A stretch of 64,000 bases of DNA from positions 32,001 through 96,000 of the forward strand of contig JBKBRF010000021.1 of assembly GCA_046292385.1 (NCBI GenBank), in the 5' to 3' direction. Source of the DNA: Armatimonadota bacterium. Its GTDB lineage: Bacteria; Armatimonadota; SYMT01. The notes beneath the pieces were generated by a model. It was not told the origin of the DNA and did not search any database. It was given only the letters and a program-made list of their open reading frames with translations. Below are positions 27,924 to 38,009 of this stretch, in pieces. The first letter of the stretch is position 1. Every line of letters starts with the position of its first letter. A program made the position numbers and the translations under genes.

Positions 27924-29318
27924 ATGTCACGTCTCAACAGCTCCCGATGGATCGTCGGCGGGTTGTGCGCTGCGCTCACCCTGCTCCTGATCCTCGGTCT
28001 GGCGGATCGCTCCGCCGATGCCCAGATCGGCTCGGAGGCGGAAGCCCTTCGGGCCGGATCGCGGTCCGGCCCGGCACAGCGCTATGAAGCGGCGGCGACA
28101 GAAAACGCAGCCAGTCTCTTGAAGGAGGGCCGCCGCGCGTTCCGATTCGACACCTTCGGCAGCGAAGCGTTCTGGGGAGACACCCTTCAGCTTCACCGGG
28201 CGATTGCGGGAGCGAAGCTCGGGGGAGTCGGTCCCGGTCTGAGTCCCGTCGCGGCGCTGGGAGCGGGCCTCAAGGTCGATGCCGACGCTCTTCCCCCGCG
28301 CCTGCTCCGAAAGCTGGGTGCGGGACGCCTCGATCTGAACGACCCGGCGGTCACCCTGGAGCTGCTCCGGCATGACGCCGTCGTCGGGGTGCGCGGTGTC
28401 TTCGACGGCCGCACCCGCGCGCTCAAGTCGGTCGGAATCAACTGCAGCATGTGCCACTCCACGGTGGACGACAGCATCGCGCCGGGAATCGGCCGACGCC
28501 TGGACGGCTGGGCGAACCGGGACCTAAACGTCGGAGCGATCGCGGCCCTGTCTCCGGACCTTCAGGCGGTCGCCGGTCTGCTGGGGGTGGATGAGCCGAC
28601 CGTTCGCACCGTCCTGAACAGCTGGGGCCCCGGCAAGTTCGATGCCGCGCTCTTCCTGGACGGGAAGGCGTTTCGACCCGATGGGAAGTCCGCCGCCACG
28701 CTGATCCCCCCGGCGTTCGGCCTGGCCGGCGTCAACCTCCACACCTGGACCGGATGGGGATCGGTCTCCCACTGGAACGCCTTCGTGGCTAACCTGGAGA
28801 TGCACGGCGTGGGGAGCTTCTTCGATCCGAGACTGGATGACGCCGATCGCTTCCCCATCGCCGCCCGGAACCGCTTCGGGCACGTCACCATGCCGCCCGA
28901 TCAGGACCGCATCACGGCGAAACTGCCCGCGCTTCAGCTCTATCAGCTCTCGCTCCCGGCGCCGAAAGCGCCGGCCGGAAGCTACGACCGGCAGGCCGCG
29001 GCGCGTGGGCAGCAGGTCTTCCTGGGGGCGGCGCGCTGCGGCAGCTGCCACGTGCCGCCAATCTACACGGAGCCTGGCTGGAACATGCACACGCCCGAGG
29101 AGATCGGGATCGACTCCTTCCAGGCGGAGCGCGCTCCCGACCGCCGCTACCGCACCGCGCCTCTCAAGGGCCTGTGGTCGCACCAGAAGGGAGGCTTCTA
29201 CCACGACGGCCGGTTCCCCACCCTCGGAGCGGTGGTGGATCATTACGACCGCACGTTCCGTCTGCAGCTTACCGGTCCGCAGAAGACGGACCTGGTCGAG
29301 TACCTGAAGTCGCTGTAG
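27924..29318 (+). CDS. Exported di-heme cytochrome c (bCcP/MauG/RoxA-like superfamily)
   Basis: Signal/TM segment; CSMCH and CGSCH; YRTAPLKGLW..FYHDGRFPTL..VVDHY..DLVEYLKSL. Confidence 0.85.
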   Translation: MSRLNSSRWIVGGLCAALTLLLILGLADRSADAQIGSEAEALRAGSRSGPAQRYEAAATENAASLLKEGRRAFRFDTFGSEAFWGDTLQLHRAIAGAKLGGVGPGLSPVAALGAGLKVDADALPPRLLRKLGAGRLDLNDPAVTLELLRHDAVVGVRGVFDGRTRALKSVGINCSMCHSTVDDSIAPGIGRRLDGWANRDLNVGAIAALSPDLQAVAGLLGVDEPTVRTVLNSWGPGKFDAALFLDGKAFRPDGKSAATLIPPAFGLAGVNLHTWTGWGSVSHWNAFVANLEMHGVGSFFDPRLDDADRFPIAARNRFGHVTMPPDQDRITAKLPALQLYQLSLPAPKAPAGSYDRQAAARGQQVFLGAARCGSCHVPPIYTEPGWNMHTPEEIGIDSFQAERAPDRRYRTAPLKGLWSHQKGGFYHDGRFPTLGAVVDHYDRTFRLQLTGPQKTDLVEYLKSL

Positions 29319-29366
29319 CACGAGCTCGGGGCGGCGGGAAACGCTTTCCGCCGCCTCGGCTTCAGG

Positions 29367-30131
29367 CTACAGCTTCCGCAGGGCGAGGCGGTACTTCCAG
29401 GCGTCCTGGGCGCGGTTGTCGCCGTCGGTAAGCTCCACCAGGTAGGGTCCGTCTTCCGGCAGCTTCACCTCGATGAAGCAGTCGCCGTAGAAGCTGACGG
29501 CGGCGCGCAGCGGAGCCCGGCGCGGATCCCGCAGGCGGAGGACCGGCTCGAACTCGATCGCGGGGTTCAGCCGCTTAGAGAAGAGCTCGATCCGCCACGT
29601 CTCCCCCGCCTTGCCCTGGAACTGGAAGACGTCCGCGCCTTCCTGGTTAAGCGTGCCGAGCACGGTTACGGAGCCCGCCGGCAGTTCCTGGGGCTTGCGG
29701 AGGTCGTGGTTCGGCTCCTGCTCCTGCGTCTCCGGGGCGGGGACGTCGACGGTTACCTCTCCGCGCGCCTCGATCTCCTTCTCGCCGGTCAGCAGGAACG
29801 GGTAGCGGCCCGGCTTGAGGTCGGCGGCCGGCTCGACCTCCACCTCGACCAGCGAGTTGCCGCGGCGCTTCTCGGCGTCGTCCTTCGGCATGAAGGTGCC
29901 GGCGCGGACCGACTTCACGAGGATCCGGGATTCGTCGAAGCGCAGCGCGGAGGCGGGCAGGTCCTGTCCGTAGATCTTCAGCGTGGCCGGCTGGCCGGCG
30001 GTGACGAACGCCGGCTCTACGAAGCGCACTTCCTTGCGCTCCGGCTTCTGCTGCGCTCCCACCGCCGCGGCGAGCAGCAGGGCGCCGGAGAGCGCGGTGC
30101 TGGCGAGGAAGGCTGTGTTCCACTGCTTCAC
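29367..30131 (-). CDS. Secreted PPC (pre-peptidase C-terminal) domain protein
   Basis: GTG start overlapping upstream stop; EQEPNHD, DVFQFQGKAGE, LPEDGPY. Confidence 0.75.
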   Translation of the reverse strand: MKQWNTAFLASTALSGALLLAAAVGAQQKPERKEVRFVEPAFVTAGQPATLKIYGQDLPASALRFDESRILVKSVRAGTFMPKDDAEKRRGNSLVEVEVEPAADLKPGRYPFLLTGEKEIEARGEVTVDVPAPETQEQEPNHDLRKPQELPAGSVTVLGTLNQEGADVFQFQGKAGETWRIELFSKRLNPAIEFEPVLRLRDPRRAPLRAAVSFYGDCFIEVKLPEDGPYLVELTDGDNRAQDAWKYRLALRKL

Positions 30132-31582
30132 TTCGCCGCCTCCGAGGTCGCCGCTACCTGGCTGGCGGCCGGTCCGATCGCCAGCGAGCGCAGCAGCTTG
30201 CCGTCCTCCGCGTTCCAGAAGTAGACCTTGCCGTCCCCCGCGCCGGCCGCCGCGGTCTTGCCGTCCGGCGAGAGGGCGACGGAGTAGACCCAGTCCTGCG
30301 CGTCCTGCAGCTCCCGCTTGTGGTCGCTCACCTCCGCGTTCCAGAGGCGGACGCGCCGGTTGGTGGCTCCCCAGGCAAAGCGGGATCCGTCCGCGCTGAA
30401 GGTGATGGAGCAGACCGGCTCCCCCTCCCCGTGCTCCCGCAGCGGGTTGCGGTTCCCTTCGGACTTCACGGGCCACACGCGGACCCGTTTCTCCGCGCAG
30501 GTGACCAGCACGTCTCCCCTGGGGCTGAACGCCACCCCGGATACCCCCTCGCCGTGTGTCAGGGTGGTCGGCAGCTTGGACGTGCCGGCTTCGTAGAGAC
30601 GGGCGGTGCGGTCCAGGCTGCTGGTGGCGAGCCACTTGCCGTCGGCGCTGTAGGCGACCCCCGTCACCGGGGCGACGTGGTCTTTCAGGATGCGCGTGAC
30701 CTTGCCGGTGCCGAGGTCCCAGAGCCGCGCGGTGCGGTCCTGACCCGCGGTCGCCAGCTCTTCCGTGCCGGGCCGCCAGGCGACCGCGTTGATCGTATCG
30801 GTGTGGTCGCGCAGCACCCGGGGTTTGGCGGCGGGGGTCTTCACGCTCCAGACGCAGACCTCGCCAGAGGTTCCGGGGCTGCCGCCCGCGGCGGCCAGGC
30901 GGGCACTGTCCGAAGACCACGCCAGCGAGAGCACCTGGTCCGCCGCGCCGGTCAGCGTCTCCTTCACCTCGCCGGTCGCCGGATCGAGCAGGCGCACCGC
31001 GCGGTAGCCGCCGACTGCCAGCCGCGTGCCGTCCGGAGAGTAGGCGAGCGCGGTGACGGGGGCCGACTGGATCACCGCAGCGGGGAGAAAGCGCTGGTGA
31101 CCGGTAGGAACGGCGGCGCCGCCGGGACGGCGCTGCATCGGCATCGCGCCGCGCATGATGCCGCCCTTCTCCACGGGGGCGACCATGCTGTCGACCTTCG
31201 CCCCCTCGTCGATCCAGCGGCGGACCAGGGCGATCGTCTCCAGGTCGAGCGGCTTGCCGGGAGGCATCTGGGGCTTCAGCTCGCCGGTAAGGTACTTCAC
31301 CAGCGTGCTCTCCTTGCTCTTGCCGGGGACCACGGCGCGGCCGTGGCGCCCGCCGGCGAAGAGCTTCTCCTGGCTCTCCAGGCTGTAACCGCCCGGCGCC
31401 GCGGAGCCTTTGTGGCAGGAGAGGCACTCCCGGTTGAGCATCGGGAGCACCTGCTTGCTGAAGACCACGGGGGCCGGCGCCGCCGTCCCGGGCCTGGCCA
31501 GCGAGAGGAGAGCAGTCCCTCCGGCGAGTACGGCGGCGAGCGCCCCGGCGGCGCGGAGAGAGACCGAACGATACTTCGTCAT
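30128..31582 (-). CDS. Planctomycete-type cytochrome c plus WD40 repeat protein
   Basis: FSKQVLPML..CLSCH..PGKS.ES.L..MPP..WIDEGA, followed by WD40 repeats. Confidence 0.9.
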   Translation of the reverse strand: MTKYRSVSLRAAGALAAVLAGGTALLSLARPGTAAPAPVVFSKQVLPMLNRECLSCHKGSAAPGGYSLESQEKLFAGGRHGRAVVPGKSKESTLVKYLTGELKPQMPPGKPLDLETIALVRRWIDEGAKVDSMVAPVEKGGIMRGAMPMQRRPGGAAVPTGHQRFLPAAVIQSAPVTALAYSPDGTRLAVGGYRAVRLLDPATGEVKETLTGAADQVLSLAWSSDSARLAAAGGSPGTSGEVCVWSVKTPAAKPRVLRDHTDTINAVAWRPGTEELATAGQDRTARLWDLGTGKVTRILKDHVAPVTGVAYSADGKWLATSSLDRTARLYEAGTSKLPTTLTHGEGVSGVAFSPRGDVLVTCAEKRVRVWPVKSEGNRNPLREHGEGEPVCSITFSADGSRFAWGATNRRVRLWNAEVSDHKRELQDAQDWVYSVALSPDGKTAAAGAGDGKVYFWNAEDGKLLRSLAIGPAASQVAATSEAAK

Positions 31583-32916
31583 CCGTACAGCTCGTGGATC
31601 GGCTCGGCGTCGGTCAGGATCCGCACCGGCCGGCCGGACGGCGTCTGCAGCTCCTTGTGGTAGTCGACTCCCAGGGCGTCGTAGATCGTGGCGGCCACCT
31701 CGTGCGGGCGGACCGGCCGGTCCAGCACGTACTCGCCGCGGTCATCCGTGGTGCCGATCACCTGGCCGCCGCGCACCCCCGCCCCCGCGAAGAGCATCGA
31801 GCCGGCGTGGGCCCAGTGGTCGCGGCCGGCGTCCTTGTTGATCGTGGCGGTGCGGCCGAAGTCGCCGAACATCGCGACCAGCGTCTCGTCCAGCAGGCCG
31901 CGGTCCTTCATGTCGCGGAGCAGCGCCGCCACCGCCTGGTCCCACGGCTTCAGCATCTTGTCGCAGTTCTCGAAGATCTGGGCGTGGTGGTCCCAGGCGC
32001 TGTACTGCAGGAAGACGAACCGCACGTTCGCCTCCACCATCCGCCGGGCCAGCAGCGCCTGCATGCCCCAGCGGTCGCTCTTGCCGTACGCTTCCTTCGT
32101 CTTGTCGCTCTCCTTTGAGAGATCGAACGCCTGGCGCGCCTCTTCGGAAAGGACCATCTGCGCGGCCCGCTGGTAGAACGAGTCCATCGAGCGCAGCCCG
32201 TCGTTCCCCTCCACCCGCTTCGCCAGCGTGTCGACCGCGGAGAGCAGCCCCTTCCGGCGCTGGAGCCGGTCTTCCTTCACGTCCGGCTGGAGCCCCAGGT
32301 TCGGCACCTTCCAGTTGCCCTGCGACGGATCGCCGGTCTTGAACGACTCGTAGCGCTCGCCGAGCCAGGCTGCCTTGCCGAGCTCCCAGGTGAAGGAGTG
32401 GTTGCGCGGGATGGCGACATACGGCGGGAGCGAGTTGACCGCCTTCGTCTCGTGCGCCACGATGGCGCCGATCGCCGGGTAGTCGCCGCCCTGGGCCGTG
32501 CCGTAGTTGCCGGTGAGCATCCACTGCGCCGCCGTCTCGTGATGGTCGCTGCCCGCCACCTGGGAGCGGACCAGCGTGTAGAGGTCGTTGCACTGGGCGA
32601 GCTGCGGCACCTGGTCGGTGTACTGGACGCCCGCCAGCTTCGTCGGAATCACGCCGTACTTGCCGCGGATCTCCGACGGCGCCTGCGGCTTGGGATCGAG
32701 CGTGTCGTGGTGCGTCAGCCCGCCGCCGAGGTAGATCACCAGCACGTTCTTCGCCCGCGGCTTCCGCACGGAGCCGCTCGCGGCGGCGGCCGACTCAGCA
32801 CGCAGCAGGTCCGCAAGCGACAGCCCCAGCACCGAGAGGCTTCCCGCGCGCAGCACGTCGCGCCGGCTCACCCCGTCGCACTGCCGGTCCCTCGCCTTGC
32901 CGTAGAACGAAAGCAT
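31579..32916 (-). CDS. DUF1501 domain protein (Tat-like motif)
   Basis: SRRDVL; GGLTHHDTLDPKP, WDHH, GDFGRT..IN..GRDHW. Confidence 0.93.
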   Translation of the reverse strand: MLSFYGKARDRQCDGVSRRDVLRAGSLSVLGLSLADLLRAESAAAASGSVRKPRAKNVLVIYLGGGLTHHDTLDPKPQAPSEIRGKYGVIPTKLAGVQYTDQVPQLAQCNDLYTLVRSQVAGSDHHETAAQWMLTGNYGTAQGGDYPAIGAIVAHETKAVNSLPPYVAIPRNHSFTWELGKAAWLGERYESFKTGDPSQGNWKVPNLGLQPDVKEDRLQRRKGLLSAVDTLAKRVEGNDGLRSMDSFYQRAAQMVLSEEARQAFDLSKESDKTKEAYGKSDRWGMQALLARRMVEANVRFVFLQYSAWDHHAQIFENCDKMLKPWDQAVAALLRDMKDRGLLDETLVAMFGDFGRTATINKDAGRDHWAHAGSMLFAGAGVRGGQVIGTTDDRGEYVLDRPVRPHEVAATIYDALGVDYHKELQTPSGRPVRILTDAEPIHELYG

Positions 32917-33060
32917 CTCGTATCCCCTCAACTGTTATTCGTTAGCTTCAGCCGCTTGTCGGCAGCGAATGGGGGCAATGGCGAGTCGAAGAGTGGGAGA
33001 ACCCGCTCCCGGGTTTCGGCGCGCCCATTCCCCCACTCCCCCTTGCTCCCACTCAGCTCG

Positions 33061-35610
33061 TCAGTGATTGAACATGAACTCTTTGCTGTTAAGGAGCGCC
33101 CACAGGACGTCCTGCATTCCTTCGTCGCGGTTCGGAGCCTGCGCGAGCGCCTGCTGCACCGCCGCCAGCTCGCGGGCGTCCGGGCGGCGCGCGAACGCAG
33201 TCAGGTAGAGCTCCTCGATGATCTCCGGGTCCTTCTTCCCGCTCTTCAGAAGCCGGGCGAGCTTCCCCTCTCCGTGCTTCAACTTGCCCTGCAGCGCCTC
33301 GCCGTTGTAGAGGTCGAGCGCGGCGGTCAGGCTCGGAGCGCTGCTGCGGTCGCATTCGCACGGCGTGGTGCGCACCGGGCGGCCGAACGTATCGAGCGCC
33401 AGCGACGGCAGCTCCGGATCGGAGAGCTCGATGGCCCGCGTGCCGATCGGGTAGGACGCATACCGGTCCGGGACCCCGGTTACCTGGGCAATGGCGTCGA
33501 CCAGCTCCTCCGCGGGCAGCCGGCGGGCCGGGTAGTGGGAGAAGAACTGCGAGTCGACCCGGTTGGCGGGGGTGGCGGCGGCGCTCGACTGGTAGGTGCG
33601 CGACTTCATGATCGTCGCCATCAGGTACTTCAGGTCGTACTGGTGGGCTACCAGGTCCTTCGCCAGCGCCGCCAGCAGCGCTTCGTTCCGCGGCGGGTTG
33701 GCGCTGCTCATGTCGTCGACCGGATCGACGATCCCGATTCCGAACAGCCGCGCCCAGACGCGGTTGGCGATACTGCGGGAGAAGAGATCGCGACCGTCGC
33801 CGTGGAGCCACTTCAGGAACGCCTGGCGGCGGTCCTCGCCCTCTTTCAACAGGAGTGGCTTGCGATCGAGCGACATCGGCGTGACGATCTGCCCCGTGCG
33901 CAGGTGCCGCACGTCGCCTTTGTCGTTCGGGAGCAGCCGCTCCGGCACCGGGTCGCCGCGGCCGTCGCCGTTCACCTGCGCGAAGAGCGCGGCGAAGCGA
34001 TAGTAGTCGTCCTGCGTGTACTTCTCGGTTGGGTGGTTGTGGCACTTGGCGCACTGCAGGCGCTGGCCCAGGAAGACCTGCGCCACCGTCTCCGCCGTCA
34101 GCTCGTAATGGCGCACCCAGCCGCGGCTGTTGGGGCGCGTCATCTGCCGGCTCACCCACCAGAGCGCCTGGGGCTGCTCTTCCACGCTGCCGGTGACGCC
34201 GATCAGGTCCGCCGCCAGCTCGTCCCACGGGCGGTTGGCGCGGAACTGCTCCGTGAGCCACTGGTTCAGCGCGACGGTGTACTTCCGACCCATGTGCTCC
34301 TTGCGGACCATGGAGACGTCGCACAGCTTGAGCGCCCAGACGGAGCCGTACTCCGGCCGCTGCAGCACCGCCTCGATCAACCGGTCGCGCTTGTCCGGTC
34401 GGGGATCATCCAGGAACGCGCGCGCCTCTTCGGCGGTCGGGAGCGTGCCAAGCGCGTCGACATAGACGCGCCGCACGAATTCCGCGTCGGTGCAGAGCGG
34501 GCTCACGTCCAGGTTCAGCTCGCGCAGGCGCCGGAAGACCGCCGAATCGACGTAGTTGACCGCTTTCGGGTAAGCGGCGGCGATCTTGTTCGGGAACGGC
34601 ACGGTCACTTGCAGCACGCCGAGCAGGTCCATGTACTTCGCCTGGACTGCGGTCGCGCCCGGGTTGAGCGCCGTCACCTCTCCGCTCGCGGTGACGTCCG
34701 CCACGCCGACGTCGGTCGACTTGAAGACGGTCTGATCGGTCACGTCCCGCACGGTGCCGTCGGAGAAGGTCGCCTGCACGACGGCGCGCTGCGTCTCTTT
34801 CGGGCGGTACATCCGGTCGCCGGGGAAGACCTGCAGCGAGACGAGGCGGGGGTCGCTCTCATCCGGCCCGGCGGCGCCCTGCATGATCCAGCCGAGGAGC
34901 GTGTAGTACTCTGGGCTTCCCTTCTCCAGCGGCTTGCCGCCGCCGTGAGGCACCTCCATCAGCGCCTTGCGGAGCAGCAGGCTCTGCTCCGGCGCCTCGC
35001 GGGAGATGCGGCGCCCGGCCTGCTCCCGGGTGATGGAAAGGAAGTCGAGCTCCGGCGCGTAGCCGCGCAGGGAGAGCTTGAATCCGCCCTTGCCGGAATT
35101 GGCGCCGTGGCAGGTGCCCTGGCTGCAGCCGAGCCGCGCCAGCACGGGGACCACTTCGTTCCGAAACGAGTAGGAGACGGGGCGATCCGCGCCACTGACG
35201 CTGACGTGGACCTTCGCCACCTTACCGCCGTAGCGCGCCGCCAGCACGCCCTTCCCGTTGCTGCGAGCGGAGACCTTGCCGCCGCCGACACCGATCACCT
35301 TCGGCGCGGAGGTGGTGAGCTTCGCCTGCGCCGTGAGGTCGACCTGGCGTCCGTCGGCGAGCGTGCCCATCACCAGCAGTCGCTGCGTGGCGATCGGGCC
35401 GTGGAGCGCCACGGCCGGCGGGAGGAGCGTGAGGCGGACCACCTTCGGCGCCGCGGGCTCCGCGGCTTTGGACCGGCTGCTCGCCGCCTTCGGCGCGGCC
35501 GGCGGCTTCGCGACCTCGCGCGGCGCTCCGGCGGCGGGCACGAGCGGAAGCAGGAGCGCGGTAGCGACGAGCACGGCGCGGCGGAACCTGATGGAGCTCA
35601 AATCAATCAC
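33061..35610 (-). CDS. DUF1549/DUF1553 (PSCyt2/PSD1) protein with Ig-like domains
   Basis: GCSQGTCHG..GKGGFKLSL, LQCAKCHNHP, NRVWARLFG.GIVDP.DD, WALLNSKEF. Confidence 0.93.
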   Translation of the reverse strand: MIDLSSIRFRRAVLVATALLLPLVPAAGAPREVAKPPAAPKAASSRSKAAEPAAPKVVRLTLLPPAVALHGPIATQRLLVMGTLADGRQVDLTAQAKLTTSAPKVIGVGGGKVSARSNGKGVLAARYGGKVAKVHVSVSGADRPVSYSFRNEVVPVLARLGCSQGTCHGANSGKGGFKLSLRGYAPELDFLSITREQAGRRISREAPEQSLLLRKALMEVPHGGGKPLEKGSPEYYTLLGWIMQGAAGPDESDPRLVSLQVFPGDRMYRPKETQRAVVQATFSDGTVRDVTDQTVFKSTDVGVADVTASGEVTALNPGATAVQAKYMDLLGVLQVTVPFPNKIAAAYPKAVNYVDSAVFRRLRELNLDVSPLCTDAEFVRRVYVDALGTLPTAEEARAFLDDPRPDKRDRLIEAVLQRPEYGSVWALKLCDVSMVRKEHMGRKYTVALNQWLTEQFRANRPWDELAADLIGVTGSVEEQPQALWWVSRQMTRPNSRGWVRHYELTAETVAQVFLGQRLQCAKCHNHPTEKYTQDDYYRFAALFAQVNGDGRGDPVPERLLPNDKGDVRHLRTGQIVTPMSLDRKPLLLKEGEDRRQAFLKWLHGDGRDLFSRSIANRVWARLFGIGIVDPVDDMSSANPPRNEALLAALAKDLVAHQYDLKYLMATIMKSRTYQSSAAATPANRVDSQFFSHYPARRLPAEELVDAIAQVTGVPDRYASYPIGTRAIELSDPELPSLALDTFGRPVRTTPCECDRSSAPSLTAALDLYNGEALQGKLKHGEGKLARLLKSGKKDPEIIEELYLTAFARRPDARELAAVQQALAQAPNRDEGMQDVLWALLNSKEFMFNH

Positions 35611-35870
35611 CTACATTGAGAGCCGGAGCGACGGATACGGTTTCAGTTGGGATTGTATTGCCTGCCGGAGGATCGTCCCGCTGCTCCGCTAGAAATTGGC
35701 GCTCCCGGAGGAAACTTCCGCGGACACTGCGCACGCATTTATCGATACCAGGCGAGCTTTTCGGGACGGGTTTGAGCCATCCGTCGGACGGCAAGAGCAG
35801 ACCCGGAGGGCTTTCGGGTCCGAGACGGCGAGAGGCGGAGAGGTCCGGGCGAGCTCGGCTGGGCTGGAGT

Positions 35871-36935
35871 ATGGCGATGAGCGCGGACTTCAAGAAATGG
35901 CGAGGCATCCTCGCGGTGGCGGGGCTTGCCATCGGGGCGTTCTTCGGGGGCCGGGCGCTGCCCACGTTCAGCGACCCAGAGCCCCCGGCCGCCCCCGCCC
36001 CCACACCGCCGCGGCCGCCTGCCCCGTTCGGCGCAGCGGCCCCGGCGGCGCCCGCTCCGGCGACCCCGCGCACCCCCGCGCCGCCGCCGGTAGCGACGGT
36101 GCAGTCCTCGATCGATCCGTTCGCCTTCCTTCGCCGCCCGGAGCCGGCTCCGATAAACCCGGCCGCGGACCGCCTGGCGCGGCTCCAGGCGGTACTGGAC
36201 GAGGAGGCGACTCGCGTGCCGGGGTTCTTCAGCGCTCACGTGCGGCTGGAGGACGGCGGTGAGGCGGGCGTGAACGCCTACCAGCCGATGGAGGGCGCCA
36301 GCCTGATCAAGGTGCCGGTGATGGCGGCGCTCTACGCCGCGTGGGACGCCGGGTTCACCAGGCGGACCAATGAAGACGAGCAGAAGCTGCGGCAGATGGT
36401 CACCCGGAGCCGGAACATCCCGACCAACCACTTCATCGAGAAGCTGGGGATGCAGCGGATCAACGCGTGGCTGGCGGCGAACAGTTACGGCTCCACCGGA
36501 ATCATCGACCGCGTCCTCTCCCCCTCCCCCATCGGCGCGAACCAGACGACCGCGGCCGACATGACCCGGATGCTGCAGCAGATCGTGCGCGGGGAGCTGG
36601 TCAGCCCGGAGGCGAGCCTGGAGATGCGTGAGCTGCTGCTGGACCAGCGGTGGCGCGACCGGATCCCGGCGGGAATTCCGGACGAGGCGGTAGTCGGCAA
36701 CAAAACCGGCACGCTGAGCGTGGTGCTGCACGACGTCGCGTTCGTGGAGCCGCCGCGCGGGCCGCGCTACACCGTCGCCATCATGATCGCGCGGCCGTCC
36801 CGCGCCGAGGTCAAGGCGGAGACGATCGAACGGATCAGCCGGCGGATCTACACCGTCATCGCCGGCGTTCCTTCGCCCCAGCAGGGGAGTAACCAGTGGC
36901 CTCGCCCGAGTCGACTGCCGCACCGCTGGGGTTAA
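35871..36935 (+). CDS. Class A beta-lactamase-like serine hydrolase, membrane anchored
   Basis: TM plus Pro-rich linker; ASLIK (SxxK), SRN (SxN), NKTG. Confidence 0.85.
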   Translation: MAMSADFKKWRGILAVAGLAIGAFFGGRALPTFSDPEPPAAPAPTPPRPPAPFGAAAPAAPAPATPRTPAPPPVATVQSSIDPFAFLRRPEPAPINPAADRLARLQAVLDEEATRVPGFFSAHVRLEDGGEAGVNAYQPMEGASLIKVPVMAALYAAWDAGFTRRTNEDEQKLRQMVTRSRNIPTNHFIEKLGMQRINAWLAANSYGSTGIIDRVLSPSPIGANQTTAADMTRMLQQIVRGELVSPEASLEMRELLLDQRWRDRIPAGIPDEAVVGNKTGTLSVVLHDVAFVEPPRGPRYTVAIMIARPSRAEVKAETIERISRRIYTVIAGVPSPQQGSNQWPRPSRLPHRWG

Positions 36936-36976
36936 GTCGCACCGCTGCCTGGGGACAAGATGTTCGGGGTGCGGAC

Positions 36977-37954
36977 ATGGGACGGGGGGTCTTCCAGGCG
37001 CCGATCGGACGGTCCCTGCTGCGGGCACTCGCGCTGGGTGCCGTGCTGACCGCCGCCGGGTGCGCCGATCCGCTGATGGTAGCCGGCAATCACCCTGCCG
37101 GCAACGCGCCAGCCTCGAAAGGCGAGGGTGCGCGGGCGCCGCGCCCTCCCTTGCTAATCGATGCCGAGTTCTTCGGCCAGCCGGTCAGTGGTCTCGACCC
37201 GGAGCTGGTACGTCGCCTGCAGCGGGCTGAGACGCGGCTTGCCGCTCAGACCGACCGTGCGGACGCGGACCGCCACTCGGCCTGGGTGAAGACGATCGCG
37301 GGTTATCGCGAAGGCAGCCGGGCCCACTCGGAGGGTCGCGCCGTCGATATCAACTCCTCGTCCAACCCGTACGTGATGCACGAGTACGGCGAGGAAGAGC
37401 TGGACCAGGTGCTCGGTCCCATCTACCACCGGATCGCTCGCCTGATGCTCGGCCGCGACTCGGTCATTCCGGAGGAGATCACGCAGGGTACACCCTCTCC
37501 GGACCGCACGATGCGCCTGTACGAGAAGCTGCGCGAGGAGAGCGGCGCCATGGCCGCTTACTTCCGGCTCATGCCGGACCGCACGCGCCTCTCCGAGCAG
37601 CTCGCGAAGGTAAACAGTCGCGGACGCTCGGACACGCTCGACGACCTGGCCGGCGTCACTCCGGAGGCGCTGCAGGCGCAGATGATGACGGATTACGTCA
37701 CTCTCGCCGGACGACCCGGCCCGCCGGTAGAGGGGTTGACTTATCCAGAGCCGGCTCCGGTCCCGGGCGACCGTCCTCTCGAAGGAGCTGCGGAGCATCG
37801 CGCTCCGGAGCAAGGTTTCCTCGACCTGGACCGGGACCTGGTGCGGGCGCTCACCGAAGCCGGAATCCGGTGGGGCGGCACCGACATGGCGAATGCCAGC
37901 GGCGATCTCATGCACTTCTTCTTGCCGGGCGAAGAGAGCTCGATCGGTGAGTGA
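36977..37954 (+). CDS. Lipoprotein with M15-type Zn peptidase motifs
   Basis: LTAAGC lipobox; SRAHSEGRAVDIN and WGG...DLMHF. Confidence 0.65.
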   Translation: MGRGVFQAPIGRSLLRALALGAVLTAAGCADPLMVAGNHPAGNAPASKGEGARAPRPPLLIDAEFFGQPVSGLDPELVRRLQRAETRLAAQTDRADADRHSAWVKTIAGYREGSRAHSEGRAVDINSSSNPYVMHEYGEEELDQVLGPIYHRIARLMLGRDSVIPEEITQGTPSPDRTMRLYEKLREESGAMAAYFRLMPDRTRLSEQLAKVNSRGRSDTLDDLAGVTPEALQAQMMTDYVTLAGRPGPPVEGLTYPEPAPVPGDRPLEGAAEHRAPEQGFLDLDRDLVRALTEAGIRWGGTDMANASGDLMHFFLPGEESSIGE

Positions 37955-38009
37955 TTTCGCTGCTTAGGCACTCCCGGCGCCGGGTACCTCCCCAGTGGGA
38001 GGAAGTGCG

